Below, in pieces: positions 1-9,703 of a DNA stretch of 64,000 bases; within the stretch, counting starts at the first letter, position 1, and the number at the start of each line of letters is the position of its first letter. The notes under the pieces were generated by a model. The model saw only the letters and a program-made list of their open reading frames with translations. It was not told where the DNA came from and did not search any database. Source of the DNA: an uncultured Chloroflexia bacterium (GTDB taxonomy: Bacteria > Chloroflexota > UBA6077 > JACCZL01); NCBI GenBank assembly GCA_963765765.1, contig CAVXYC010000018.1, positions 128,001 through 192,000 of the forward strand, written 5' to 3'. The position numbers and the translations under genes are program-made.

Positions 1-1058
1 TCGGCGCCACCCACACCGACGTGCCGCGCAGCGTCGTGGCCGGCGCGGTGGACGGGCTCAGTTTTACCGATCCCGCCACAGCGATTAATCGTTACGTCAA
101 TGAGCTCCAGGGGCTTGGCGTGCGTGCGTACATCGTTCTGATACACAGTGGCGCTGAGCTCCGACTCAACGATGGGAGACCAGGCGGGCCTTTCCTTCAG
201 ACTGTCGAGGCGCTGGACCCCGACATTGACGTTGTGATCAGTGCGCACACGCACCACGGCTACACCACACGAATCGCAGGCAAGCTGGTGACGCAGGCGC
301 ACTCCTACGGTTCGGCCTTCGCTGATATCGATCTCACCATCGATAGGCAATCAGGAGATGTCGTTTCGTCCTGGGCTGAGATTGTCAGCGCCACCACATC
401 CGGCGTGACCCCTGACGGGAACGTCGCGGCGATCGTAGCAGACGCCCAGGCACGCGTTGGCCCACTGGTGACACGCGAGGTGACCTCCTTTGCGCGCTCT
501 CTTAGCGCCGATCAAGGCCGCACCGGCGAGTCTGGCCTGGGCAATTTGATCGCCGACGCGCAGCGCTGGAAGACCGGCTCACAGATCGCGATGGCGAATC
601 CCGGCGGCATTCGCGCGGGAATCCCGACCGGCACCGTCACCTGGGGGCAACTCTTCGCCGTTCAGCCATTTGGCAATGAGCTGGTCACCATGGATCTGTC
701 CGGATACCAACTTCATTCGTTGTTCGAGCTGCAATGGTCAACGCAATCGGATGGGAGCATTCGGTACCGACCTCTCCAAGTTTCGGGAATACGGGTAGTG
801 TGGGACGGATCACTGCCGCTGCGTGAGCGTATCGTGGAGCTGACCTTGGATGATGGCGCGCGAATCCAGCCGGATACGATTTACCGAGTTACGGTGAACA
901 GCTTTATGGCCAGCGGCGGTGATGGGTTCTGGATCTTCAATGACGGCCTCCGTCGCGAGTTTGGTGCGGCGGATATCGACGCTCTCGTGGAGTACGTCGA
1001 GCAGCTTCCGCAGCCTGTCGATGTACGTGTCGAAGACAGGATCTCGAGGCGTGACTGA
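1..1058 (+). CDS. bifunctional metallophosphatase/5'-nucleotidase (5' partial)
   Basis: Motifs DVVISAHTH, ESGLGNLIADAQR, NPGGIR, VQPFGN and NSFMASGGDGF; the N-terminus likely lies before the window. Confidence 0.9.
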   Translation, partial: GATHTDVPRSVVAGAVDGLSFTDPATAINRYVNELQGLGVRAYIVLIHSGAELRLNDGRPGGPFLQTVEALDPDIDVVISAHTHHGYTTRIAGKLVTQAHSYGSAFADIDLTIDRQSGDVVSSWAEIVSATTSGVTPDGNVAAIVADAQARVGPLVTREVTSFARSLSADQGRTGESGLGNLIADAQRWKTGSQIAMANPGGIRAGIPTGTVTWGQLFAVQPFGNELVTMDLSGYQLHSLFELQWSTQSDGSIRYRPLQVSGIRVVWDGSLPLRERIVELTLDDGARIQPDTIYRVTVNSFMASGGDGFWIFNDGLRREFGAADIDALVEYVEQLPQPVDVRVEDRISRRD

Positions 1059-1328
1059 GCGTTCGGCCAGCGGTGACAAAAGTTGAGCTCAAGATGCACG
1101 AGTCGAGCACGCTTCCACTCGGCAACGCCGTACTGAGCAGACCCCGACCATTGTCAGTTCCGCCGGACATCACGATCCCGAATTGCTTTCCTGTTCGTGG
1201 CGGCCCCCGCGGCAAACGACTATCCTAGGCACCGGGTTTCGGTGTAGCGGGCGATCACCAACTCGGCCAGTGACGGTGGATGCCCCACCCGGAAACCCGT
1301 CCCCCTGTTTAATCCGAGGAGAGACTCC

Positions 1329-2504
1329 ATGGCGAGTTCCACGGCGGCGACGACGCTTCTAGAATCGGCTCGCCAGCTTCGACCGCTCATCCTGGCGCAG
1401 CGCGATCAGATTGAGGCCGGGCGCCGGCTGCCCGAGGAGCTAGCGCGCGAGCTCACCGGCATCGGGTTATTCCGAGCCTCCCTGCCTGAAGCGTACGGCG
1501 GCTACGACCTCGGACCGCTCGAGACGATGGAGATCTACGAGGAGCTGGCGCGAGCGGACGCATCGGTAGCGTGGTGCGTGTGGAATGCCAACACCAACTG
1601 GACCACGGCCCGCATCCCGACCGAGGCGGCACACGCGGTCTTCGACGATCCGAATCACATGCTCGCCAACAGCACCCAACCGTCGGGGCAGGCCGTCATC
1701 GTCGAGGGCGGCTATCGCGTCAACGGGCGATGGGCTCTGGTAAGCGGCTGCCAGGTCAGCACGTGGCTGATCCTGCTGTGCGTAGTGCACGCGGATGGGG
1801 CGCCGCGCCACACGTCGGACGGCGCACCAGAGGTCCGTTTCATGCTGCTCCCAACGGCCAACAGCGAGATCGTCGATACGTGGACCGCGGGCGGCTTACG
1901 GGGCACGGGCAGCCACGACGTGATCGTGCGGGACCAATTGGTGCCGGCCACGTTCGCGTCCTACCATACCGATCAGTTGGTGCTGCCCGAGCCGCGCTAC
2001 CGCTGCCCGCTGGTCGCGCGCATCACCTCCGGCCTGGCCGTGATGGCTCTTGGCGTCGCCCGAGGCGCGATCGAGGCGCTGATCGACCTGGCGGCCCAGA
2101 AGCGGAGCCCGGGAGCGAGGTCCACGTTGCAGCAGGACCGGGGCGCGCAAACACAACTTGCGCAGGCGGAGGCCCAGGTCCGCTCCGCCCGGCTGTACCT
2201 TTTTGACGCCGTCAGCCGCGTATGGGACGATGTCTTGCTGAGCCGCGAGCCTTCGCTCGAGGCGCGAGCCCAGGTGCGCCTCGCGGCCTGGCATGCCGTG
2301 ACCAGCGCCGCGCGTGCAGTGGACCTGGTTTACCTGACGGGCGGCGCGACTTCCCTGTATGCGACCTGTCCGATCGAGCGCGCCTTCCGGGATGTGCACG
2401 CCTTTACACAACACTACGCCGTTCATCCAAGCGGCCTGGAGCCGATCGGCCAGGTACTCTACGGCCTGGAGCCGGAGTTCGCACCAGGCAGGACGCGATT
2501 CTAG
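1329..2504 (+). CDS. acyl-CoA dehydrogenase-like flavin-dependent monooxygenase (HsaA/IacA-like)
   Basis: Motifs DASVAW, GRWALVSGC, DTWTAGGLRGTGSHD and IERAFRDVHA; GAGGAG RBS upstream. Confidence 0.85.
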   Translation: MASSTAATTLLESARQLRPLILAQRDQIEAGRRLPEELARELTGIGLFRASLPEAYGGYDLGPLETMEIYEELARADASVAWCVWNANTNWTTARIPTEAAHAVFDDPNHMLANSTQPSGQAVIVEGGYRVNGRWALVSGCQVSTWLILLCVVHADGAPRHTSDGAPEVRFMLLPTANSEIVDTWTAGGLRGTGSHDVIVRDQLVPATFASYHTDQLVLPEPRYRCPLVARITSGLAVMALGVARGAIEALIDLAAQKRSPGARSTLQQDRGAQTQLAQAEAQVRSARLYLFDAVSRVWDDVLLSREPSLEARAQVRLAAWHAVTSAARAVDLVYLTGGATSLYATCPIERAFRDVHAFTQHYAVHPSGLEPIGQVLYGLEPEFAPGRTRF

Positions 2505-2652
2505 TGCGGCCGCCTGGGGGAGCAGGCCTCTCCAGATTGAGAGATCTCCAGTCGCGCGGCGCACACGATCGGCTCGTTTCGAGCTGTCGCCCCCGTTGAC
2601 AGTATGTATCGTCGGGTCTAGGATCCCCACGAAGCAGCAATGGAGGACCCTC

Positions 2653-3681
2653 ATGGCGATCATCGATGCAGATGCGCATGTGGTCGAAAGCGAGAAAACC
2701 TGGACGTACATGGCCGGCGCCGATGCCAAATTTCGGCCGCAAACGGTCATGATTACCGGCCCGGACGGTGGCGTGCGCGAGCATTGGGCCATTGACGGCC
2801 GGCTCATTAGCAAGGGACCGATCTCCGTCGACGAGATGACCCGGGCCGAGCGCGAGATGGACGACTTACCCGGTCGCCTGCGACACATGGACGAGCTCGG
2901 CACCGATATCCAGGTGCTCTATCCAACGATTTTCCTGGGGCCGGTGACGCAGAAGCCTGAAGTCGAAGCAGCCCTCTATCGCGGCTACAACCGCTGGCTG
3001 GCCGATATCTGGCAACAGACTAACAACCGTATGCGCTGGGCGGTGATGCTACCCTTCATGTCGCTGGACGTCGCGATGGACGAGCTGCGATTCGGGCTCG
3101 ACAATGGTGCGTGCGGTGTGTTCATCCGCGGAATCGATGCCGAGAGACAACCATCCGATCCGTACTTTTTCCCGATCTACTCAGCCGCACAGGAAGCCAA
3201 TATTCCGGTCTGCGTGCATGCCGCTACCGGTAGCTTCGCGGTACATGACTTCTTTGGCGAAGACCCTGGCATCTGGCGTTTCAAGGTGCCCGGCATCAAC
3301 GCGTTCCATTCGCTGCTCATGCAGGAAGTGCCGAGTAAGTTCCCGACGCTTCGCTGGTGTTTCGTGGAGCTGGCCGCACAATGGGTACCCTACGCGGTAC
3401 ATGACATGGTGCGTCGCAAGGAGAAGCGCGGCAAGCCGCTGGACAAGCACACCGTCGTGGCCGACAACCGCTTCTACGTCGCCTGTCAGACCGATGACGA
3501 TATTCCTTACGTCTGCTCCTACACCGGGTCAAACAACATCATCATGGGCACAGACTACGGCCACTCCGATACATCGAGCGAGCTGGAAGCGCTCATTCGT
3601 CTTAAGGAGATGCCCGAAGTCGGCCCGGATCTGGCGGCCAAGATTCTGGACGCCAATGCGAAGGCGGCGTACGGGTTCTAG
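2653..3681 (+). CDS. amidohydrolase family protein (Amidohydro_2, decarboxylase/hydratase-like)
   Basis: IIDADAHV start after GGAGG; VCVH and MGTDYGHSD motifs. Confidence 0.85.
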   Translation: MAIIDADAHVVESEKTWTYMAGADAKFRPQTVMITGPDGGVREHWAIDGRLISKGPISVDEMTRAEREMDDLPGRLRHMDELGTDIQVLYPTIFLGPVTQKPEVEAALYRGYNRWLADIWQQTNNRMRWAVMLPFMSLDVAMDELRFGLDNGACGVFIRGIDAERQPSDPYFFPIYSAAQEANIPVCVHAATGSFAVHDFFGEDPGIWRFKVPGINAFHSLLMQEVPSKFPTLRWCFVELAAQWVPYAVHDMVRRKEKRGKPLDKHTVVADNRFYVACQTDDDIPYVCSYTGSNNIIMGTDYGHSDTSSELEALIRLKEMPEVGPDLAAKILDANAKAAYGF

Positions 3682-3774
3682 CGGGTCTAGGGACGAGCGC
3701 TCTTGGGGAGCGTGCACGGAACACCGCTTTCTCGAGTGGGACAATCTCCGGTCGTACTCATAACCACCGAAGCC

Positions 3775-3862
3775 TTGTCATCCTGAGCTACAGCGAAGGA
3801 TCTTCCCCACCGGAATCCGTCACACCCGCGGGGAAGATCTTCCCTGTGGCTCAGGATGACAA
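3775..3862. repeat. REP-like palindromic element, GTCATCCTGAGC family (copy 1)
   Basis: Inverted arms ttgtcatcctgagc...gaaggatct and agatct...gctcaggatgacaa; second copy at 16879-16977. Confidence 0.8.
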
Positions 3863-3958
3863 TGAGCTCGGGTGTTGGCATCGTCAAACTGTTGTGCGGA
3901 GGTCAATAAAGCGGCTCTTGCGCACTCACTCCAAAGCGCTTCGCGCAAGTTGCTCCCG

Positions 3959-4789
3959 TTACGCCGAACCTGGCGTATCCTCCACACCTAAATCCACGAT
4001 CTGCCGCCAGATTCGGTCACGCAAGCGGCCGAACGTCTCAGTGGCCATGGCGTCGTAGGTGCGTGGACGCGGCAGATCAACCGCGACGCGGTCGAGCACG
4101 GTGGCCGGGCGCGTTCCGAGTACCACGACCTGGTCTGAGAGAAATACGGCCTCGGTGAGGTTGTGAGTCACGAAGATAATCGTCTTGTGGGTCGCTTCCC
4201 AGATGCGCAGCACCTCGGCGCCCATGCGCATGCGCGTCTGTTCATCCAACGCGGCAAACGGCTCATCCATGAGAAGCACACGCGGATCCTGAATGAGCCC
4301 GCGGGCGATGGCCACGCGCTGCTTCATTCCACCGGACAGCTCGCTGGGATAGGCCTGCCTAAAGTCGGACAAGCGCACGAGGTCCAAGAACGCCGCGGCT
4401 CGATCGTAGCGCTCCTTTTTGGAAACCCCGCGCAGCTCCAATGGAAATGCCACGTTGTCCATCACCGAGCGCCAGGGCAGCAGGTTTGCTTCTTGAAAGA
4501 TGACGCCTAACTGCTCCGGAGCGGGACCCGTGATGGGCTGACCATCCACGCGCACCTCGCCAGCGGTTGGCTCGAGAAGCCCGGCAAGACACAGCAGCAA
4601 CGTTGTCTTACCGCAGCCGCTGGGCCCGACGACCGCGACGAACGATCCCGGCGCTACGTCCAGTGATAGTCGATCAAAGACCGACAAAGGTCCATTGCGC
4701 GTCTGGTAAATCTTGCTGAGGTCGACAATCTGAACGCCAGCAGCGCCTGAACGGCCAGCATGCACAGGCGCTGACACCTCAGCCGTCAC
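3959..4789 (-). CDS. NitT/TauT ABC transporter ATP-binding protein
   Basis: Walker A GPSGCGKT, signature LSGGMKQR, LLMDEPFAALD. Confidence 0.93.
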   Translation of the reverse strand: MTAEVSAPVHAGRSGAAGVQIVDLSKIYQTRNGPLSVFDRLSLDVAPGSFVAVVGPSGCGKTTLLLCLAGLLEPTAGEVRVDGQPITGPAPEQLGVIFQEANLLPWRSVMDNVAFPLELRGVSKKERYDRAAAFLDLVRLSDFRQAYPSELSGGMKQRVAIARGLIQDPRVLLMDEPFAALDEQTRMRMGAEVLRIWEATHKTIIFVTHNLTEAVFLSDQVVVLGTRPATVLDRVAVDLPRPRTYDAMATETFGRLRDRIWRQIVDLGVEDTPGSA

Positions 4790-5538
4790 GTCGCCCCCGC
4801 TCCACGCCAGCGCCCCACCCGGCCTTCGCAGAAGCGCAGTGCGCTATTCACCGCGATAGCACCCACGGCGGCCAGCATCGCTCCGGCCAGCATCTTGGGC
4901 AGATCGTAGCTGGCTCCCCAGATGTTGATCATGCGCCCGAGGCCTCCGCGCGCCGCGTACATCTCGGCGAACAGAATGCCCCCGGCAGCGTAGATCACGC
5001 CGACGCGGACGCCCTGCAGAATCACGGGCAGCATGTATGGCAGATAGATCTTGAGGTACATCTGACCGCGGCTGGCGCGTAGCGCTTTGCCTACCAGGGT
5101 AAGCCCCGAAGGAACGCCCTGCACCGCGACCAGCGTGGACACCGCCACGACGAAGAACGCCTGGACCACGCCAAACACCACCTTTTGATTCATCCCAATG
5201 CCCAGTACGAGGATGAATAGCGGCAGGAACAGCGATTTCGGAACGGCCGTCCCCACGTACAACAGAGGCGCAAGCACTCGCCGCGCGGCGGGACTCTCGC
5301 CCACCAGAAATCCCAGGAGCACGCCAGTGGGCACGGCAAACAGCGTGGCCAGTACCAGCTCCTGCGTAGTGATCCAGATGCCATCCTGGACCCGCGGATC
5401 AGCCAGCACCACGGCCATCGCGGCAAACGCCTCGCTTGGCGCCGCCAGGACCCGATTAGAGACGAGACCTGTGCGTACGACAAGCTCCCACAGACCGATG
5501 GCGAGCAGGATCGAGCCGAGCTGGGCGAGGCGAATCAT
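4786..5538 (-). CDS. NitT/TauT ABC transporter permease
   Basis: Hydrophobic helices, AEM...GLG motif, operon context. Confidence 0.88.
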   Translation of the reverse strand: MIRLAQLGSILLAIGLWELVVRTGLVSNRVLAAPSEAFAAMAVVLADPRVQDGIWITTQELVLATLFAVPTGVLLGFLVGESPAARRVLAPLLYVGTAVPKSLFLPLFILVLGIGMNQKVVFGVVQAFFVVAVSTLVAVQGVPSGLTLVGKALRASRGQMYLKIYLPYMLPVILQGVRVGVIYAAGGILFAEMYAARGGLGRMINIWGASYDLPKMLAGAMLAAVGAIAVNSALRFCEGRVGRWRGAGAT

Positions 5539-5551
5539 CGGGCTTCGCCGA

Positions 5552-5622
5552 TGACGGACGACAGACGAGGGACGATCCCAACCACCAGGGGACCCAGTCC
5601 TCCGTCGTCCGTAATCCGTCGT
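5552..5622. repeat. heptamer-repeat hairpin (GACGGAC / GTCGTCC)
   Basis: gacggac gacagac gagggac ... gtcctcc gtcgtcc gtaatcc gtcgt. Confidence 0.55.
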
Positions 5623-5632
5623 TCAAACGGCA

Positions 5633-6719
5633 TCAGTCCAGCTTCACAGGCGTGAACTTGTCGGTAAAGAACTCAGCGGTTGGAGGTATATCGGAAAGCC
5701 CGCCCAGCTTTGCCAGGCTCAGCGAGTTCTCCAGCCACTCAGGCTGAATCTTGCCGTCGTCCGTGAACCCGGGGAAGCACAGAAGTGCAGACCTTCGTCG
5801 CGATTCCGGCGTCCTGATTCGTGTGCTTGGCCACGAATGAGGTGCAATAGTCGGCGTTCTGCTTCATGTAGCGCAGTGACTCGAACACCGATTTCAGATA
5901 CCGATTCACTGCCTCGGGGTTGTCATTGATGATCTTGTCCGAGGCAGCAATGATGCTGGGCAGGTTCGGCGGCATGTCAGCCCCAAAGTGGAACACGGAG
6001 CGCACCTCGCCCTTTTCCAGGCCAGTAAATACCAGCGGAGGAGTCACGACCCCGGAGTCGATCTGTCCGGCGATCACCGAGGGGTACAGAGCCGCGCTCC
6101 CGATGGGCACGATCTCCAGTTTGATGTCCTTGGTCTGTGCCAGCCACAACGCGAAGAAGTCGGTGGTGCTGCCTTTGGCGGTCACGCCGACCTTCTTGCC
6201 GTTCAAGTCCTCGACCTTCTGAACGGGCGAGTTGGCCGCAACACCGATATGCCATTCACTGGGACGGAATTGGTCAGTAGCGATGATCTTCTGCTTCACT
6301 CCCTTGCTCACGGCCGTGGCAATGCCGGGCGGGAAGTAATGAATGATGTCCGCCTCGCCAGCAGCCAGCGCCTCCTGGGCTGCTGAACCGCTGTTGTGGT
6401 CCGTGATGTCAGGCTTCAGACCGTTCTTGGCAAAGAAGCCGCGGTCCACGGCGCCGTACACGTACGAGTAGTTCGCGCTACCGACGCCGATGAGTCCGAC
6501 CTTGATCGGAATCTCAGTGGCCGGCTTGATCTCGGTCTTGGCCGCCTCCACGGGCTTGGCCGCTTCCGCTGGCTTCGCCACTTCGGCTGGTTTGGCTGGC
6601 TCGCTCGGCTTGGCAGTGCTCGCTGGTCCGCTGGACGGCGCGCACGCCGTAAGAAAGCTCAATCCCGCGGCCAGCACGACCGCTCCGACGGAGTTGCGTG
6701 AACGAGACTGACGCTGCAT
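5633..6719 (-). CDS. NitT/TauT ABC substrate-binding lipoprotein (frameshift ~5770)
   Basis: Lipobox LTAC, KPAE repeat linker, LNGKKVGVT..GS; the C-terminus FTDDGKIQPEWL...KFTPVKLD* is in another frame. Confidence 0.85.
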
Positions 6720-6744
6720 GATCCCCCCTTTGTTCGACGACCGA

Positions 6745-7551
6745 TTACGCCTGCCAGCCGGAAACGCGCCGCTCGAGCCAGCTCATACCTGCGTTTGTAC
6801 CGATGGCGAGGCCGAGCCCCAAGAGGATGCCGAAGTACACCCGCGGGGCATCGAGCGTCTCACGTGCGTGGCTAATGAGATAGCCGATCCCGCCAAACGA
6901 GCTGAGCATCTCGCCGATGATGATGCCGATGACGACCAGACCGAGTCCCACACGCAATCCGGCGATGATCTGCGGCAACGCAAACGGGAAGAGCACCTTG
7001 AAATACATCTGTCGCCGCGATGCGCCCAAAGCGCGAGCCAGGAGGACGTAGCGTTGATCGACGATCGAGACGGCCGCCGCGGTGGCCAGCAGGATCGGAA
7101 AGATCGCGTGCACGCCGGCAAACAAGATCTTGGATGGCGACCCGATGCCGAACCACACCACGGAGAGTGGGTAGAAGACTACCCAGGGAAGCGCAAAGGT
7201 CGAGTCCAGCAGTGGCGTCAATACACGCATCGTCGTCTTCGAGCTGCCAACGAGCACGCCGAATCCAACCCCGAAGACAACGGCAATGGCAGATCCCGCC
7301 AGAATCTCAACTGCGGTAACCTGAAGCCCGTTGGCAAATGAGCCGAAGTCCGTGATACCAGCGACCAGGACCGCCGACGGCGCCGGCAGGATGATGCTGT
7401 GCACCAGGTCGAGCGCCGCGATCAGTTCCCAGATGCCGACAAATGCGACGATCGCCAAGACTCGGCCACTGAGTCCCAAACGCGTGAGACGCCCAAGGCC
7501 GGACGGTAAGCCAGCCTCAATCCAGGGTGTCGCCCGAGATGCCATGACCAC
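6745..7551 (-). CDS. NitT/TauT ABC transporter permease
   Basis: ILPAPSAV, ARALGASRRQ, GEML...GIGY motifs. Confidence 0.88.
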   Translation of the reverse strand: MVMASRATPWIEAGLPSGLGRLTRLGLSGRVLAIVAFVGIWELIAALDLVHSIILPAPSAVLVAGITDFGSFANGLQVTAVEILAGSAIAVVFGVGFGVLVGSSKTTMRVLTPLLDSTFALPWVVFYPLSVVWFGIGSPSKILFAGVHAIFPILLATAAAVSIVDQRYVLLARALGASRRQMYFKVLFPFALPQIIAGLRVGLGLVVIGIIIGEMLSSFGGIGYLISHARETLDAPRVYFGILLGLGLAIGTNAGMSWLERRVSGWQA

Positions 7552-7650
7552 GCTCCATTGCGCCTCTGCCCGTACTCGCCGGGCAACCGCGGCACAGTGA
7601 ATTAGCCTAGCACCTAGCAGTGCGAGTGTCTACGAATTCGCAATAGCGCC

Positions 7651-7848
7651 GGTGTGGGACCAAAGGGACGTCAGGGATACAAAGCACATTGAGCCGAACA
7701 GATCTTCAAGAATCCGGCTCGCTCCCTGCCGCAGCGAGAATGCCGGGTTACCCAATCAGGGATCGGTCTCCTTGCCGAATCGTTCCAGGAGAGGAGGGCC
7801 GTGACGCAACATGCTTCATTGACCTTTGTGTCCCTTTGGTCTCACACC
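7651..7848. repeat. inverted-repeat (MITE/REP-like) element with 19-bp arms
   Basis: ggtgtgggaccaaagggac pairs with gtccctttggtctcacacc (1 mismatch); arms show ~9-nt periodicity. Confidence 0.55.
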
Positions 7849-7858
7849 ACGTGACTTC

Positions 7859-7888
7859 GTTGACTTGGCCACCGCGTCAACCTATGAT
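7859..7888 (+). promoter_or_regulatory. sigma70-type promoter with overlapping operator palindrome
   Basis: TTGACT-17bp-TATGAT upstream of the Rieske gene; GTTGAC-N11-GTCAAC overlaps it. Confidence 0.6.
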
Positions 7889-7924
7889 CCAGACACTTGA
7901 AGGCATGCGCCGGAGGTTTCTTGG

Positions 7925-9136
7925 ATGCTGACTAAAGAGGCGAATGAACGTTTGACGCGAGTTGGGCCGGGAACGCCCATGGGCAACCTTCTGCGCCGCT
8001 ACTGGCACCCCATCACCACAGTGATCGAGCTCGAGAAGGAGCCAGTGCTGGCGGTCAAGCTACTGGGGGAGAACCTGGCGCTGTACCGATCGCCCGATGG
8101 CGCGCTGGGACTCGTGGCCGAACGCTGCCCGCACCGCGGCGCCAGCATGGTCTACGGCATTCCCGAGGACGGCGGCTTGCGTTGTCCGTACCACGGTTGG
8201 AAATTCAGCGATGAGGGCGTTTGCCTGGAGCAGCCCGCCGAGCCGGCCGAGAGCACCTTCAGGCATCGCGTACGCATCCCCGCGTATCCCGTCCAGGAGC
8301 TGGGTGGACTGATCTGGGCATACCTCGGGCCAGCCCCCGCCCCGCTGCTCCCACGCTGGGACATCCTTGTGCGCGACGATCTGAACCGCCGCGTCGGCAT
8401 CAGTCACGTTCCGTGCAATTGGCTGCAGTGCATGGAGAACTCGATGGACCCGATCCACTTCGAGTGGCTCCATGCTTACTATGGGAACTACGTCCAGCGG
8501 AAGCAGGGCAAGCCGGAGGCTATGACCGTGCGCCGGCATCTCCGCATCGCGTTCGACGTCTACAAATATGGGATCTCCAAGCGGCGACTGCTCGAGGGCG
8601 ACACGGAGGAGTCGGATGATTGGACGGTCGGCCACCCGATTCTGATTCCGAACATCCTGGCGGTCGGCGATAGCCATGGGCCGGGATTCCAGATTCGCGT
8701 GCCGGTGGACGACACGCACACGCTGCACTACTGGTACCAGACTCGTCCGCACGGTCCAGAGAATGAGCCGCGGGCCAACATGATTTACGACTATCCCTGC
8801 ATCCACCCGGACGGAAAGATCGTCGTCGAGAGCGTGGGCGCCCAGGACATGATGGCATGGATTACCCAGGGCCCCATCTCACTACGCGAGGCCGAACGGT
8901 TGGGCACGTCCGATAAGGGCGTCATCCTTTATCGCAGCGTGCTGATGGAGCAGATGGAGAAGGTGGCCCGAGGCGAAGATCCGATGGGCGTCATCCGCGA
9001 TCCCGCCGAGAACGATCCCATGATCGTGATTCCGCGCGAGGGACAGACGCTACGTGCCTTCGAGATACGTCGCGACCTGACCGAACAGAACATGAAGCAC
9101 ATGATCGATCAAGGGGTCACCGCTACGGAGAGTTAA
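7925..9136 (+). CDS. Rieske non-heme iron oxygenase alpha subunit (LigX/phthalate dioxygenase-like)
   Basis: CPHR...CPYHGW Rieske motif; ENSMDPIHFEWLH; QDMMAWITQG. Confidence 0.92.
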   Translation: MLTKEANERLTRVGPGTPMGNLLRRYWHPITTVIELEKEPVLAVKLLGENLALYRSPDGALGLVAERCPHRGASMVYGIPEDGGLRCPYHGWKFSDEGVCLEQPAEPAESTFRHRVRIPAYPVQELGGLIWAYLGPAPAPLLPRWDILVRDDLNRRVGISHVPCNWLQCMENSMDPIHFEWLHAYYGNYVQRKQGKPEAMTVRRHLRIAFDVYKYGISKRRLLEGDTEESDDWTVGHPILIPNILAVGDSHGPGFQIRVPVDDTHTLHYWYQTRPHGPENEPRANMIYDYPCIHPDGKIVVESVGAQDMMAWITQGPISLREAERLGTSDKGVILYRSVLMEQMEKVARGEDPMGVIRDPAENDPMIVIPREGQTLRAFEIRRDLTEQNMKHMIDQGVTATES

Positions 9137-9158
9137 GTTAGTTCAACCGTACTGACAT

Positions 9159-9192
9159 AAGGCCGCGAGCACCGCCTTGCGGCCTTTGTTGT
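9159..9192 (+). terminator. intrinsic terminator
   Basis: Hairpin aaggccgcgag...ttgcggcctt with a T-rich tail after the Rieske stop. Confidence 0.6.
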
Positions 9193-9703
9193 TGCGCCCT
9201 TAGGGCGCAAGTGTGGCTTGGTTTCTCAACGCCCGTAGCAGTCGGCACACCGCGCAATTCAATGGCGTGGGTCAGGACCTACTGAGCGCCATCGCCGTGC
9301 AGGAGGCTCACAACCGTGTGTTGACACATCATGAGGCTCGTAGTGAGCGCTTCATAGGACTCCGTTAAGTCGTAATTTCCGAGTCATGGTGCCCGGAAAG
9401 TGTCCACATTCATGCTGATTTGGCGTCACCGGTCCAACGTTTTCAGCGAATCTGCCGGCCTTGTTGGGCGGAATGACCCATTGGGGTCGCAGCATCCTTA
9501 CGGTTAACGGAGTCCTATTCAGCGCCTTTTCGTCGATAGGTACAAGCAAGCGCAGCAATGCGACGAGCGACATCGGAGGCCAACCGTCCGTACCAGCTAT
9601 CGGCAGCCGCATCGCTGCACTTGCTTTCGACATCACGAAAAAGCGCTGAAGCGACCACTACAAGCCTGGGTGTGAGCCATGCGTTAACCGGATTGGATTG
9701 CTT

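Noticed and set aside
1231-1300. Inverted repeat upstream of the monooxygenase as a riboswitch
   Set aside because: No recognisable aptamer consensus.
1896-2903. Long antisense ORFs (also 8060-8806, 34091-34963, 57390-58439)
   Set aside because: Shadow ORFs of GC-rich genes on the opposite strand.
6540-6612. 18-bp tandem repeats (also 13985-14050)
   Set aside because: They encode ordinary Pro/Ala lipoprotein linkers.
9200-9700. Short ORFs between the Rieske and permease genes
   Set aside because: No motifs or RBS; likely non-coding or decayed.
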